Source: Patescibacteria group bacterium UBA6017 (GTDB lineage: Bacteria; Patescibacteriota; Saccharimonadia; UBA4664). Taken from it: a DNA stretch of 64,000 nucleotides. The DNA lies in contig DIZX01000015.1 of assembly GCA_002429485.1 (NCBI GenBank), positions 86,044 through 150,043 of the forward strand, read 5' to 3'. A model generated the notes under the pieces. It was not told where the DNA came from and did not search any database. It worked only from the letters and a program-made list of their open reading frames with translations. Position 1 is the first letter of the stretch. The number at the start of each line of letters is the position of its first letter. Positions 29,474-39,636 of the stretch are shown here, piece after piece. The translations under genes and the position numbers were made by a program.

Positions 29474-30049
29474 TTACGCCGCCACTCGATACAGCCCCCG
29501 CTCCTGAATATACTCAAACACCCCATCATCAAGCTCAGCCGGCCGCTCACCCGCCCGCAGCTGGGCTTTCACCTGCCGCGAAGACGCTTCTGTATGCTCA
29601 GCTAAATCAAGCCACTGCACCCGCAAATGCCCGTCCGACTTGATCTCCGGCCCCCCCGCGCGCCGTGCGACGGCAAAACTCAAACTGCGAACAATCTCGG
29701 AATAATTCCACGTATCAAGCGTGGCCAGCACGTCAATTCCCACTATAAACACAAATTCCGTATCCGGATAATGCGCCATCAGTCGCCCAAACTCGGCCAT
29801 AGTATGCGCCGCCGGATCCGCAGCCCCATCCGGAGCCCCCTCACGCATCGCCGGCTCACCCGCCACTGCCAGCCGCACCATCGCCATGCGGTCCACCAGC
29901 GCCGTCACGCCGGTCTTATGCGCCGGAGCAGGGTTTACCAGAAACCACACCTCATCGAGCTCACAAGCGCCTATAGCCGCTCGAGCCATCGCAATATGAC
30001 CAAGATGTACGGGGTCGAACGTTCCGGTGAGCAATCCCACCCTGCTCAT
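29474..30049 (-). CDS. nadD: nicotinate-nucleotide adenylyltransferase
   Basis: GTFDPVHLGH, P.HK, R..M, FIVG.D, SS, YI.E.GLY. Confidence 0.88.
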   Translation of the reverse strand: MSRVGLLTGTFDPVHLGHIAMARAAIGACELDEVWFLVNPAPAHKTGVTALVDRMAMVRLAVAGEPAMREGAPDGAADPAAHTMAEFGRLMAHYPDTEFVFIVGIDVLATLDTWNYSEIVRSLSFAVARRAGGPEIKSDGHLRVQWLDLAEHTEASSRQVKAQLRAGERPAELDDGVFEYIQERGLYRVAA

Positions 30050-30053
30050 CGAG

Positions 30054-30713
30054 CTAAACCTGCTCCGATTGAACTCGACTCGAGATAAGGCCATAGACTT
30101 CCTTGGCCGCCTGTTCGCTCTTGCCCGTGGCATTCACCACCCAAGTGTAAAAATCCAACCCCCGTGCCTGCTCCAGCTCCCCTACCGCCTGCTCCAGCCG
30201 GCGCTCAATTGAGGCCGCATCGTTGGTTCCGCGGTGCTCCAGCCGGCGCCTCAGCTCCACGATATCGTCCTGATCGGATCCATCCGTAGGCTTAATAAAA
30301 ATACACAAAGTATTTGGCAAAATTTGGTGCACAAACGCACCGCCATTAATTTCAATTTCCAACAGTACCGTCACGCCACTGCGTAAATGCTCCAAGATCG
30401 GTTCCAGTGGCGTGCCGTAACGGGCGCCCTCGGTAAGCCCGTTAGCCTCCAAAAACCCTCCGGCCCGCTCGAGCTCTTCAAACTCATCCCTACCAGCAAA
30501 AGTGTACTTATGGTGATGCACCTCACCCGGCCGAGGCTCACGAGTAGTAGTAGATACCGACAGCCAAAGCTTATCCCCGGCAAACGCGAGCATTTCGTCG
30601 ATGACTTTACCCTTACCTGCCCCCGCCGATGGACCGGAAATAATCACTAACTGACCTGGAAGACCTTCGAATTTGCTTCTCAACTCATCAATCGCCGCTT
30701 GATCCTGGGGCAC
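30054..30713 (-). CDS. gmk: guanylate kinase
   Basis: ISGPSAGAGK, SVSTTTREPRPGE, YGTP, RL..RGT. Confidence 0.92.
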   Translation of the reverse strand: MPQDQAAIDELRSKFEGLPGQLVIISGPSAGAGKGKVIDEMLAFAGDKLWLSVSTTTREPRPGEVHHHKYTFAGRDEFEELERAGGFLEANGLTEGARYGTPLEPILEHLRSGVTVLLEIEINGGAFVHQILPNTLCIFIKPTDGSDQDDIVELRRRLEHRGTNDAASIERRLEQAVGELEQARGLDFYTWVVNATGKSEQAAKEVYGLISSRVQSEQV

Positions 30714-30851
30714 TTTATCTCCTTTGAATTACATAAAATGTGGCACTGCTATAAGGCCGTATTGTAATGTGACTTCTTGATGCCAACAACCCCTGGCGGC
30801 ACTTTTCCCCAATTTGGCAAAAGTTATCCCCTGGCATTTTTACCAGTCATA

Positions 30852-30867
30852 TGACAACATGTAGTCA
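30852..30867. promoter_or_regulatory. NrdR-box-like palindrome at the nrdR start
   Basis: TGACAACATGTAGTCA matches the CwAyATrTwG core. Confidence 0.5.
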
Positions 30868-31310
30868 TGAAATGTCCGTTTTGCAGGTCCAGCCAGACCG
30901 AAGTCTACAACACCCGAGCCACCAAGTTCGCCACCCAGATCTGGCGTCGCCGGCGCTGCCTGAGCTGCCACGAGGGCTTCACAACGTACGAAGCCGCTGA
31001 CCTAGGATTCCTTCAAGTCAGAGCCCAAAACGCCTCACAAGGCCCCTACAGCCGCGCCAGACTATACTCTGGGATCGCTGCGGCCTTCGAACCCGCCAAG
31101 GCCGACTCGACTATCATCGATGCCGTCACCGACACGGTCGAAAGCAAGCTCCTCGACCTCAAAAACCCAATTATTGTTTCGGATCAGATTGCCGCCATCA
31201 TTCTCGCCACCCTCAAACACTTCGACACCTCGGCCTTCCTGCGCTATCTGGCCTCACACGCCGACCTACGCTCGAAATCCGAGCTCAAACGTCAGCTCAA
31301 AAACTACTAG
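30867..31310 (+). CDS. nrdR: transcriptional repressor NrdR
   Basis: MKCPFC, RRRRC..C...FTTYE, ATP-cone, AFLRY. Confidence 0.92.
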   Translation: MKCPFCRSSQTEVYNTRATKFATQIWRRRRCLSCHEGFTTYEAADLGFLQVRAQNASQGPYSRARLYSGIAAAFEPAKADSTIIDAVTDTVESKLLDLKNPIIVSDQIAAIILATLKHFDTSAFLRYLASHADLRSKSELKRQLKNY

Positions 31311-31374
31311 GGCCTGCCCCGCGGTGCCCATAAGGACACGACGGAACAGGCCATAAAACCATGCCGGACCCCAG

Positions 31375-31890
31375 TCACCCGGGGTGAATCATGAAAAGCA
31401 CCCACAGGACACCCCACGGCCACGCAACCATTGCCACCGGCAGGGCCGCAAACTCAAAGATGTCCCCGATGTCCGGGTCGAATGTCAGGCCGCCCAGATG
31501 CTTGAACTGCACGTACTTGAGCTTCATCTCTGAGGCCGTGTTGTTTGCCTCGGCGAGAAATACATAAAGTCCAAGCACGAGGGTGACCGTCCACTGGGTG
31601 TAGTCAAAACCCCTCACCAGACCCAACAGCATCCCGAGGGAAATAAAGATGGCTTCGTATTGAAACGCCTTCTCTCGCCAGATCTGACGGCGCACCGTCC
31701 AGAGCATATACGGGAAGCTATGGATCGACCCCGTAAAGGCATCCATCCTCGTACGACCCGCCGAAGGATCTATCTCGCCGTCAATGGCAACAAGTTTCGC
31801 CTTCTTGGCATCGAACCAACGACCACGGAAAGCCTGAATCTTCGCGTCGAGAAAGTCATCTAGACGCCGAATGCGGCACAACCAATTCAT
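31375..31890 (-). CDS. divergent diacylglycerol/undecaprenol kinase (DgkA-like)
   Basis: SF.Y...R.E.AF..E, three TMs, E..NTA.E motif; C-terminal KD motif not conserved. Confidence 0.55.
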   Translation of the reverse strand: MNWLCRIRRLDDFLDAKIQAFRGRWFDAKKAKLVAIDGEIDPSAGRTRMDAFTGSIHSFPYMLWTVRRQIWREKAFQYEAIFISLGMLLGLVRGFDYTQWTVTLVLGLYVFLAEANNTASEMKLKYVQFKHLGGLTFDPDIGDIFEFAALPVAMVAWPWGVLWVLFMIHPG

Positions 31891-31950
31891 TGCCGACCCC
31901 TCTCGGTCTAGCGTACTCCCCCGACTCTCGAAGGCACCCCGATTATAACT

Positions 31951-31976
31951 AAAAACGGGCCCGAGGGCCCGTTTTT
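31951..31976 (-). terminator. intrinsic terminator of rplY
   Basis: aaaaacgggcc-cgag-ggcccgttttt. Confidence 0.85.
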
Positions 31977-31994
31977 AGTTTGAGGAGAAGTAAG

Positions 31995-32684
31995 TTACTT
32001 CTTTTCGCGGCGATCCTTGTCGCCTTCGTTCTCTTCAGACACCACGATTGGGTCCTCTTCCATAGCGCTTTCCGGCACTCCGCCCTCAACGGCCTCGTCG
32101 AGCTCAGCCATCTCGGCATCAGAACGCGGCGGGTCAACCTTAGCGACCAGCACGGTGAGGTCCTCCTCGACAAACTTCACACCCTTGGGCAGTTTGAGGT
32201 CAGCCAGCGTAATCACCTTCTCGAAATCATCCAGTATGGCAATATCAACTTCAATCGCCTGAGGCAGGTCGCCCGGCAGGCATTCCACCTCGATCATCTC
32301 AAAGCCCTTCATGAGCATGCCTTCATCCTGGAATACCGCATTGGATTCACCGATGTAGTGAATTGGCACTTCAGCCTTGAGCACTTCGTCCATCCGAACG
32401 ATATAAAAGTCGACGTGAGTAATCTCGCCCCGTGCGCTGCTATGCTGCACGTCGTGAATTAGTACGTTTCTAGCCTTGCCTTCGCCCACTTTGAGCGCCA
32501 CAATCTTGTTTCCGCCCGCAGTGCGGTATATCTTCTCGATCGTTTTGCCATCCAGCACCAGCGACTCCGAAGCCACCCCATTGCCGTAAACTACCGCCGG
32601 CACTTTGCCCGCAGCTCGCAGTAAGGTATTTTTCTTTCCAGTTTCGGTGCGTTTTTCGGCAACCAGTTCAATCATATCCATCAT
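31995..32684 (-). CDS. rplY: 50S ribosomal protein L25 (Ctc form)
   Basis: LR..GKVPAVVYG, HVDFY, C-terminal domain and acidic tail. Confidence 0.95.
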   Translation of the reverse strand: MMDMIELVAEKRTETGKKNTLLRAAGKVPAVVYGNGVASESLVLDGKTIEKIYRTAGGNKIVALKVGEGKARNVLIHDVQHSSARGEITHVDFYIVRMDEVLKAEVPIHYIGESNAVFQDEGMLMKGFEMIEVECLPGDLPQAIEVDIAILDDFEKVITLADLKLPKGVKFVEEDLTVLVAKVDPPRSDAEMAELDEAVEGGVPESAMEEDPIVVSEENEGDKDRREKK

Positions 32685-32709
32685 TTCATCCTTTATCCGA
32701 AATTAACTG

Positions 32710-33039
32710 TTATTTACCCTTCTTGACGAAGGTTTTAGATTTGGAAACCCAGCGATGAAATTCTGCAATTTCACTCGCAGTAATTGCTCCCTTGGAAGCA
32801 AATTTGGCTTCTTCGCTCTGACGCAAATCAGATTTACGCTTGCCCCCGCTCTTGCCGTTCACCGACACCGTTGCCAGCACCGGTAATGAACAATTATGGC
32901 ACGATAACTGCACGAAACAGTACAAATCTATATCGCCCAAAAAACGTATATCATCAAAATGATAATTTGTTTCGCACGAGGGGCACTTATAAAACTCTTG
33001 CAGATTGCGAATCAATTCTTGTAAGTACTTCGGCTGCAT
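32710..33039 (-). CDS. hypothetical zinc-ribbon protein
   Basis: CPSC...CHNC pairs. Confidence 0.7.
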   Translation of the reverse strand: MQPKYLQELIRNLQEFYKCPSCETNYHFDDIRFLGDIDLYCFVQLSCHNCSLPVLATVSVNGKSGGKRKSDLRQSEEAKFASKGAITASEIAEFHRWVSKSKTFVKKGK

Positions 33040-33117
33040 GGGTATCCCCTCGTTACTAGCTCATCTTAGCACCCGCGCCGACGCGTGAGCAAACATAGGA
33101 ATTAAGGCCGTTTGCCC

Positions 33118-34173
33118 CTAGGACTTACTTCGCCGTTTTTGGAGGTCCCGCAGGAATAGCCCGCCCATAGCCAATATCATCGTGCACACCAACACCGCGA
33201 AGCCGATTAACTTAATCATTGAGTTCGAAGTAAGCGCCACCATGCCAAAAACCGCCACCACCGCGTACACCACCAGCACGGCTTGGCGCTGGTTCAGGCC
33301 CGCATCGAGCAGGAGATGGTGAAAATGCTGCCGATCAGCCGAAAACGGCGATACCCCGCGCAAAATTCGCCGCACCGCCGCCCACACCGCATCCAGAATC
33401 GGAAAACCCAGCACCAAGGCGGCCGTCGCCAGCTTAGCCCCAGAATAAATCGACAGCATAGCCAAAGTCAGACCCAAAAAATAAGCCCCCGAATCGCCCA
33501 TGAAAATTTTGGCCGGATAGAAATTGTGCGGCAAAAATCCCAATGCCGACCCCGCCAGAATTATTGCCAATAGTGCCACCGCCGGCTGATGCACGTTCGG
33601 ACCCACCGCCACAGCGAACATCACCAGTGCCGCAATCCCCGACACCCCGCACGCCAAGCCATCGAGCCCATCCAAGAAATTGATCGTATTGGCCAGACCC
33701 ACCATCCACAGCAGACTCAGGATATTAGCGACCGGCATCACGTGAAAATGTGCCCCCAGCAGCTCGAAATTCATCCGACCCCAGCTCAAGTCAATCACGC
33801 CGCCAAACGGATTTGTGATCGCTGTGATGCCGATTCCCCCGGCCAGCGCCACGCCCGCCGCCAGAAACTGACCCGCCAGCTTAATTCCCGGCGACAGATC
33901 GCGAATATCGTCGATCACCCCCACCGCCACCAAAATCAAACAACCCAATAGCAGGCTGGCCAGCTGACGCGACATCGGCAGCAATACCATCACCGCTATC
34001 ACGAAGGCTGCAAATATCGCCACCCCGCCCAAATAAGCGACCTCGCGAGTATGAATTTTGCGATTGGTCGACGGCCGGTCCACGATCCCGCGAGCCAAGG
34101 CGTATCGACGCACCCATGGAGTCAGCCCTGCACTCAGCACAAAAGCCAGCCCAAACCCAAACAAGTATTCCAT
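33118..34173 (-). CDS. undecaprenyl-phosphate GlcNAc-1-phosphate transferase (WecA/TagO, MraY family)
   Basis: RKIH..LGG, DD, NFLDGLDGL, FMGDSGA, DRQHFHH; start refined to MEYLF. Confidence 0.92.
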   Translation of the reverse strand: MEYLFGFGLAFVLSAGLTPWVRRYALARGIVDRPSTNRKIHTREVAYLGGVAIFAAFVIAVMVLLPMSRQLASLLLGCLILVAVGVIDDIRDLSPGIKLAGQFLAAGVALAGGIGITAITNPFGGVIDLSWGRMNFELLGAHFHVMPVANILSLLWMVGLANTINFLDGLDGLACGVSGIAALVMFAVAVGPNVHQPAVALLAIILAGSALGFLPHNFYPAKIFMGDSGAYFLGLTLAMLSIYSGAKLATAALVLGFPILDAVWAAVRRILRGVSPFSADRQHFHHLLLDAGLNQRQAVLVVYAVVAVFGMVALTSNSMIKLIGFAVLVCTMILAMGGLFLRDLQKRRSKS

Positions 34174-35867
34174 TATTTCTTCGTAGCCTTCTCGGTCACA
34201 TAAAATTCCAGGTATTTGCCAAACATCAGCCGCGTTTGCGAATTCAGCGCCGCCAGCGCGCCGAAGCAAATAGTCACGACCGGCAGAAGCGCCCATTGAG
34301 CCACCATTCCGATAAACCGCGCCTTGCGGTACCTTTCGGGCTTCGGCGGCAGGGATATCAGGCTCAGGAGCACGGTGATCACGATCGATACCGAGGCTAA
34401 CGTGAGAATTCTAGATGTGATTATTGGCAAGTTATGCGCCAAAGATTGATAGGCAAACCCGCGGTTCAGATACAGCGGCAGCCAGCCCACAAACGTCAAG
34501 ATAAGCGGTGCCGTAGCCCAGGAAAAGTGAGACTCAAACAACCGCCCGATCTGAACCGCTTTATTGCTCCAGGGAATTTGCTTGTTGAACAGGGAGTTGC
34601 GAACCACGAACGGAAAATCACTCACACCCCAGGCCCACCGGCGCAGCTGCAGGAACTGAACCTGAAATGTCTTCAAGTAAGTCCCCGCCAGCACTGCGTC
34701 TTGATATACCGGAGTAAAAACCGGCACTACTTCATGATCGCCATCGAACACAAAATATGTACGCCAGTACTGGTGGCCGTCCTCCACAATCGAAGTAACG
34801 CTCCAATAATCAGTCGCAATCAACGCCTTCAATGATTGCGCATGAGCAGCGAAGTTACGCAACCGGTGCGGACGCATCGTCTCCATCAACAGCCAGAAAG
34901 AGTTCCCTGTAGCAATCACTCTCATCGGGGCCGGTACGTCCCAAATATTGTTATAGAACATCGGTACGGGCTGGTAGCTTCGCTGCACCCGCTTGGTATC
35001 GATGGCGTACAGATAAGATAAATAGCTAAAGTAGTTCTTGGCCGCCCGGTGATCGGAATCGAAAGTAGTCACCACCACCCGCTCCGGATCAATTCCCCGC
35101 TTCAGAACCTCGGCGGTCAGTACCCGTCCGGCGAAGCTAATGTTACCGCCTTTGCCGCGAACTTCGCCGACCATTCCATCCGGGTGTTTCACGGCTATGG
35201 CCATAGCAAACTTATCGCCAAACTCCGCCACCAATGAATGCGCATTAGCCTCGGTCTCGGGGCCCCCGCGTTCCTCGTATGCCACCACCAACATGATCTG
35301 TTTGAGCGGAAAATCTACTTCCGTGAGCGATTTCACCGACGGATGCAGTATATCCATCGATTCGTTGTAGGTCGCCAATACCACTGCGTGATAGATCGTG
35401 GCAGGATCCATAATCTTATCCGACCGCTCCGCCAGGCCAGCTACCCGCTCTACTTCACTCTGCAGTTCCTGATACTGCAATCGAGTTTTCCGGTCGGTAA
35501 TACTCCAAATACTGGCTAAACTGGGATGTTGCTGGCGCATTGCCGCAAGCTGACCCTTAACCTCCTGCAAGCTGCCCTCCAAATGGCGCAGCTGCTCCAG
35601 CCGCCCGTTCCAATCAACGCTTTGTGCGAGATGCAATCGGCGATAACCCCTGACCAAGTAGCCGCTCATCCTAAACGATTTGATCGTCCAGTAAAGGTCG
35701 TAGGCAATAATGAAGTACGCCACCGCTATGGGATAGATCAGGCTCAGCAAAATTGGCAGCAACAGCGTCAGCCAGGTAATGCTGCCCGGCAGAATCTCCA
35801 TCGCGCGGGTAAACCAACGCCGGTCGAAGTAACGCACGCTACTCAATTTCGTAGTATTTTGACTCAT
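34173..35867 (-). CDS. glycosyltransferase family 2, membrane-bound
   Basis: ATYNE, GKGGN, DSD, IVED, QLRRWAWG. Confidence 0.88.
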   Translation of the reverse strand: MSQNTTKLSSVRYFDRRWFTRAMEILPGSITWLTLLLPILLSLIYPIAVAYFIIAYDLYWTIKSFRMSGYLVRGYRRLHLAQSVDWNGRLEQLRHLEGSLQEVKGQLAAMRQQHPSLASIWSITDRKTRLQYQELQSEVERVAGLAERSDKIMDPATIYHAVVLATYNESMDILHPSVKSLTEVDFPLKQIMLVVAYEERGGPETEANAHSLVAEFGDKFAMAIAVKHPDGMVGEVRGKGGNISFAGRVLTAEVLKRGIDPERVVVTTFDSDHRAAKNYFSYLSYLYAIDTKRVQRSYQPVPMFYNNIWDVPAPMRVIATGNSFWLLMETMRPHRLRNFAAHAQSLKALIATDYWSVTSIVEDGHQYWRTYFVFDGDHEVVPVFTPVYQDAVLAGTYLKTFQVQFLQLRRWAWGVSDFPFVVRNSLFNKQIPWSNKAVQIGRLFESHFSWATAPLILTFVGWLPLYLNRGFAYQSLAHNLPIITSRILTLASVSIVITVLLSLISLPPKPERYRKARFIGMVAQWALLPVVTICFGALAALNSQTRLMFGKYLEFYVTEKATKK

Positions 35868-36268
35868 CGTACCGCCCCAAAAGCCTGAGCTATGATAAAA
35901 CCAAATATGCTCACCACTACCGCCGTTACCAGCAGGAAAAAGCTCGCCAGACGGCTGCGGGTGAAGCTATGGTACGCAAACAGCGAGTTTACTACGGTGA
36001 TTAATATCGTCACCATCACGATTTCGAACGGGAAGTACCATGGCCCCAATCGATCAAATAACGTAAAGCTCGAGAAATGCACCGGCACCAGGCTGTCCGT
36101 CGGGCGCATCCGCAGCATCAAGCTGATCAAGTTAACCGCGTTCACACCCAAAGCCACGCTCAAAACCGCCATCGACATGCGATCATGAAAAAAGCGCCGG
36201 CTGAGCACCTCGCTGGTCCGTTCTCGAATAGTTTGCCGAAACTTAGTTAATGGCTGGAAGCCTATCAT
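35864..36268 (-). CDS. hypothetical membrane protein
   Basis: three TMs, VPVHF motif; leaderless-type -10. Confidence 0.75.
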   Translation of the reverse strand: MIGFQPLTKFRQTIRERTSEVLSRRFFHDRMSMAVLSVALGVNAVNLISLMLRMRPTDSLVPVHFSSFTLFDRLGPWYFPFEIVMVTILITVVNSLFAYHSFTRSRLASFFLLVTAVVVSIFGFIIAQAFGAVR

Positions 36269-36311
36269 GAATCGAATTATAGCACCCTGAGGTAAGAATC
36301 ATTATCTGTAT

Positions 36312-36385
36312 TGGAGCGGGTAGAGGGAATCGAACCCTCGACTCAACCTTGGGAAGGTCGCGTTTTACCCCTAAACTATACCCGC
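36312..36385 (-). tRNA. tRNA-Gly(CCC)
   Basis: GCGGGTA...loop TTCCCAA...GTTCGATT...CCA. Confidence 0.95.
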
Positions 36386-36397
36386 GAATATAAAAAC

Positions 36398-36473
36398 TGG
36401 AGCCGATGAAGGGATTCGAACCCATGACCTACGCTTTACGAAAGCGCCGCTCTACCAACTGAGCTACATCGGC
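36398..36473 (-). tRNA. tRNA-Thr(CGT)
   Basis: GCCGATG...loop TTCGTAA...GTTCGAAT...CCA. Confidence 0.95.
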
Positions 36474-36542
36474 GTAACCAGGATAGATTAGCAAATTACG
36501 GGCAAGATTTCCAGAGCACAGCACAAGGACTATACTAATGCC

Positions 36543-37757
36543 ATGTTAAATACAGCCACCTCCCTAATTCTACGCGCCGGGCACCAACTAGGCCTGGATG
36601 ACGCTATTATTAACGATTTCCTCGAACCGAATCGAGAGCATATTTTCGAGATTGGGCTTACGGGCGGTAAGAGCTTCAAGGCCTACCGCGTCCAGCATAA
36701 CGATAACCATGGACCATACAAGGGCGGCATCCGCTTCCATCCGGACGTAAACCTGGAGGAAGTCCGCGCCCTCGCCACCCTCATGAGCCTCAAGACGGCT
36801 GCCGTCGGTCTCCCGCTCGGTGGCGGCAAAGGCGGTATATCCGTAGATCCCCGCCAGCTCTCCCCCGCTGAGCTTGAAGAACTCAGCCGCGCCTACGCCC
36901 GGCACCTATCGCCGCACATCGGACCGCACAAAGACGTCCCGGCGCCGGACGTCAACACCAACCCCGCCATCATCGACTGGATGGTCGACGAATTCGAGCA
37001 AATCACCGGCGACACCACCAAAGCCAGCTTCACCGGCAAAAGCCTGGGTGCCGGCGGCAGCCTAGGGCGCGATGCCGCCACCGGCCGCGGCGGCGTGATC
37101 ACGCTCGCCGAGTACCTCCGCCTCAGCGGTCAGGCCGACCGCCAACTCACCGTGGCCGTTCAGGGCTTCGGCAACGTGGGATCGTTCTTCAGTACTGTGG
37201 CCGCCACCGACCACCCCCAATGGAAGCTCGTGGCCGCCAGCGACACCAGCACTGGCCTCACAAATCCAAACGGCCTCGATGCCACCGCCTTATCCGAACT
37301 CAAGGCCTCACATGGCCGCTTCACCGACTACCATGCCGCGGGCGTCACCCAAATCTCGCCCGACGATATGATCGCCCAGGATGTCGATGTACTCGTGCTC
37401 GCTGCCCTCGGTGATACCGTCACCGAATCTAACGTTTCCCGAGTGAAGGCCAAAATCATCGTGGAGCTCGCCAACGGCCCCATCAATGAGGCTGCCAGCG
37501 ACCAGCTCGCCGCCTCAGACACCGTCATCCTGCCCGACATCATCGCCAACGCCGGCGGGGTCATCGTGAGCTATCTCGAATGGGTCCAGAACCTGGCCGA
37601 CGAGCATTGGACCGAGCAAAAAGTTAATTCTGAGCTCGAACGCTATCTCATCCCAGCCATTCAAGCAATGTACCGCACCGCCAAGGACGAGAAAGCATCG
37701 CTAAAAATTGCCGCCTTCATGAACGCGCTAGCCAAGCTCACTACCTCCGCAAAATAA
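36543..37757 (+). CDS. gdhA: Glu/Leu/Phe/Val dehydrogenase (glutamate dehydrogenase)
   Basis: GPYKGGIRFHP, GGGKGG, DVPAPD, VQGFGNVG, ANAGGVIVSYLEW. Confidence 0.92.
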   Translation: MLNTATSLILRAGHQLGLDDAIINDFLEPNREHIFEIGLTGGKSFKAYRVQHNDNHGPYKGGIRFHPDVNLEEVRALATLMSLKTAAVGLPLGGGKGGISVDPRQLSPAELEELSRAYARHLSPHIGPHKDVPAPDVNTNPAIIDWMVDEFEQITGDTTKASFTGKSLGAGGSLGRDAATGRGGVITLAEYLRLSGQADRQLTVAVQGFGNVGSFFSTVAATDHPQWKLVAASDTSTGLTNPNGLDATALSELKASHGRFTDYHAAGVTQISPDDMIAQDVDVLVLAALGDTVTESNVSRVKAKIIVELANGPINEAASDQLAASDTVILPDIIANAGGVIVSYLEWVQNLADEHWTEQKVNSELERYLIPAIQAMYRTAKDEKASLKIAAFMNALAKLTTSAK

Positions 37758-37823
37758 AAAAGCTAATAGCTAGCCGTATCTGCTAGCTATTAGGACTATT
37801 TGAAATCTGGACTACGCTACGTA

Positions 37824-38018
37824 CTAAGCAAAACCCTTGTGCTTTGGGAACTTTCGCTCGTACCGCTCTGCCAGAAATTCATACTTTTGCTCGAGAGCCC
37901 GCTTGGCTTCATCCGGACTCATGTAGAACACATCATACAGATCCTGCTGCTGCACCTGCATGTTTTGCGATTTGATTTTGCGAATTCTTGATCGGCCCAC
38001 GGTATCAACCCCACTCAA
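37824..38018 (-). CDS. small hypothetical protein
   Basis: 64-aa ORF. Confidence 0.35.
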   Translation of the reverse strand: MSGVDTVGRSRIRKIKSQNMQVQQQDLYDVFYMSPDEAKRALEQKYEFLAERYERKFPKHKGFA

Positions 38019-38122
38019 TTAGTTGTAGGACAAGTATGTCCAAATCCAACTACCAGAACTTCAGCACTTGTTCCAAAGCTTAAGGTCTTCTATGAGCAAA
38101 GTTTTGTCTATTCAAACCTGCC

Positions 38123-38548
38123 CTAATACGTGAGATATATCTTATATATATATCCGGTAAAACCGTTGTAGCGTACCTGTTGCCATTGCGCATCGCTGTC
38201 GCTCAAAAGCTGCACAACCGTGCCGCCATTAAGATCGGTAACTATAGCCGTAGAGGCCGATTTTCCGACCCGCATATGAACGATTGGATACGAATTTGTC
38301 GTGGCAGTGGGCACCGCTGGCGTAGGAGCCGGCGTCGCTACGGGAGTCGGACTAGGAGTTGCGCTAACGGTTGGCTTTGGCGTTGTGCTCGGCGACACCG
38401 ACGGCGATGCGCCAAGCTTAAGCGGGCGCAGCAGAATATCGTTAGCCAAGCTGCCGCGACCGCCCAGAGCCATCGTGGCCTCGGTGAGTCCGCCGGCCAA
38501 CACCGCCAATATCACCAGGCTGCCGAACGTTGCTGCTAACCTCTCCAC
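38123..38548 (-). CDS. membrane-anchored SH3 domain protein with Pro/Thr linker
   Basis: N-terminal TM, PT-rich stalk, HMR.G......V..L..G..V..L....WQQV.Y.G..GYI. Confidence 0.8.
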   Translation of the reverse strand: MERLAATFGSLVILAVLAGGLTEATMALGGRGSLANDILLRPLKLGASPSVSPSTTPKPTVSATPSPTPVATPAPTPAVPTATTNSYPIVHMRVGKSASTAIVTDLNGGTVVQLLSDSDAQWQQVRYNGFTGYIYKIYLTY

Positions 38549-38557
38549 GATCTATTC

Positions 38558-38932
38558 CTACTGTTGGTAATACTTGATATACAAGAACACAATGGACGCA
38601 GCCACCCCGACAATCACCAGTAAGCCAACTACGAATTGCAGTACTATCTTCCATCCGCCGCCGCTTTTGGCGGGCGCTTTGCGGACCTGCTGCTTCGGCT
38701 CCGATTCGGCTGCGCGGCTCGCCGCCGGATTCATTGGCCTCATCGGCATACCGGAGGGACGAGTCTGAGCGGCCGGGCGAACCGGCTCCGCCATCGGTCT
38801 AGGCGCAGCCGACGGCCTTACACCCGGATCTTGCACCGGAGGGGTTCCGGCCGGCCTTGACGGGCGGGCAAATCCGTCCATTCTCCGCGGCCCCATATCT
38901 GTCATTCTACGATTCGGTCTTGGTTGATCCAC
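38558..38932 (-). CDS. hypothetical Pro/Arg-rich protein with C-terminal TM
   Basis: disordered N-terminus, single TM. Confidence 0.65.
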   Translation of the reverse strand: MDQPRPNRRMTDMGPRRMDGFARPSRPAGTPPVQDPGVRPSAAPRPMAEPVRPAAQTRPSGMPMRPMNPAASRAAESEPKQQVRKAPAKSGGGWKIVLQFVVGLLVIVGVAASIVFLYIKYYQQ

Positions 38933-39009
38933 GCTCGTTTGCTACCTATTACTCTCTCGATAATATCACATTCTGAGATTAATGCTTATGCTCAGAAAAA
39001 TCGCCCTGC

Positions 39010-39633
39010 ATGTTATGCTCATGGCAAATTATGTCAAACTTCCGTACCAGCCGAACTTTCGACGTCTTATTCCTCCTGATGATCACCGGGCTGCTCGTTT
39101 TCGCTACCGCAAAACGCCAGTCTATCGGCGACAAAATGTTCTTTCTCAGCTACCATCCCACCGCCAGAACCATCCAACTGGCCTATGATGCCGGGCTGTC
39201 CGACTCCGGCCGCACCCTGCTGTACCGCACCGACCCACAATTCGCCAACCGCCAGGCCATTATCGCCGAATGCGATATCGAACGGCTCGGCTGCCTCAGC
39301 TCCAAAGGCCAAACCTTTATCCTCGATGACCCCGCCAAACCTGCTCAAACCATCGTCACCGGAGCCCATGAGATGCTCCATATCGCCTATCGCCGCCTTT
39401 CCCAGAGCCAAAAAAATGACCTGGCCCCACTGATCGATCAAGCCGTCGCAACAAACGCCGCCAATATTAATGACGAACTAAAGTCCGAAACTACCCCCGA
39501 AGACCGCCGCGACGAGGCCCATTCACTACTGGGCACCGAGTACAAAAATCTTCCAACCGAGCTCGAAAGCTACTACGCCCAGTATTTCTCAGACCGGTCG
39601 AAAGTATTGGCCGCCGCCGCTTCGGACAATTAG
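39010..39633 (+). CDS. hypothetical protein with HExxH zincin-like motif
   Basis: signal anchor, LGC, AHEMLH, EAHS..GTE. Confidence 0.7.
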   Translation: MLCSWQIMSNFRTSRTFDVLFLLMITGLLVFATAKRQSIGDKMFFLSYHPTARTIQLAYDAGLSDSGRTLLYRTDPQFANRQAIIAECDIERLGCLSSKGQTFILDDPAKPAQTIVTGAHEMLHIAYRRLSQSQKNDLAPLIDQAVATNAANINDELKSETTPEDRRDEAHSLLGTEYKNLPTELESYYAQYFSDRSKVLAAAASDN

Positions 39634-39636
39634 GTC

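Noticed and set aside
30800-30832. ttttcccca and ttatcccc as DnaA boxes of a replication origin
   Set aside because: Only two imperfect matches, with no dnaA/dnaN or AT-rich unwinding element nearby.
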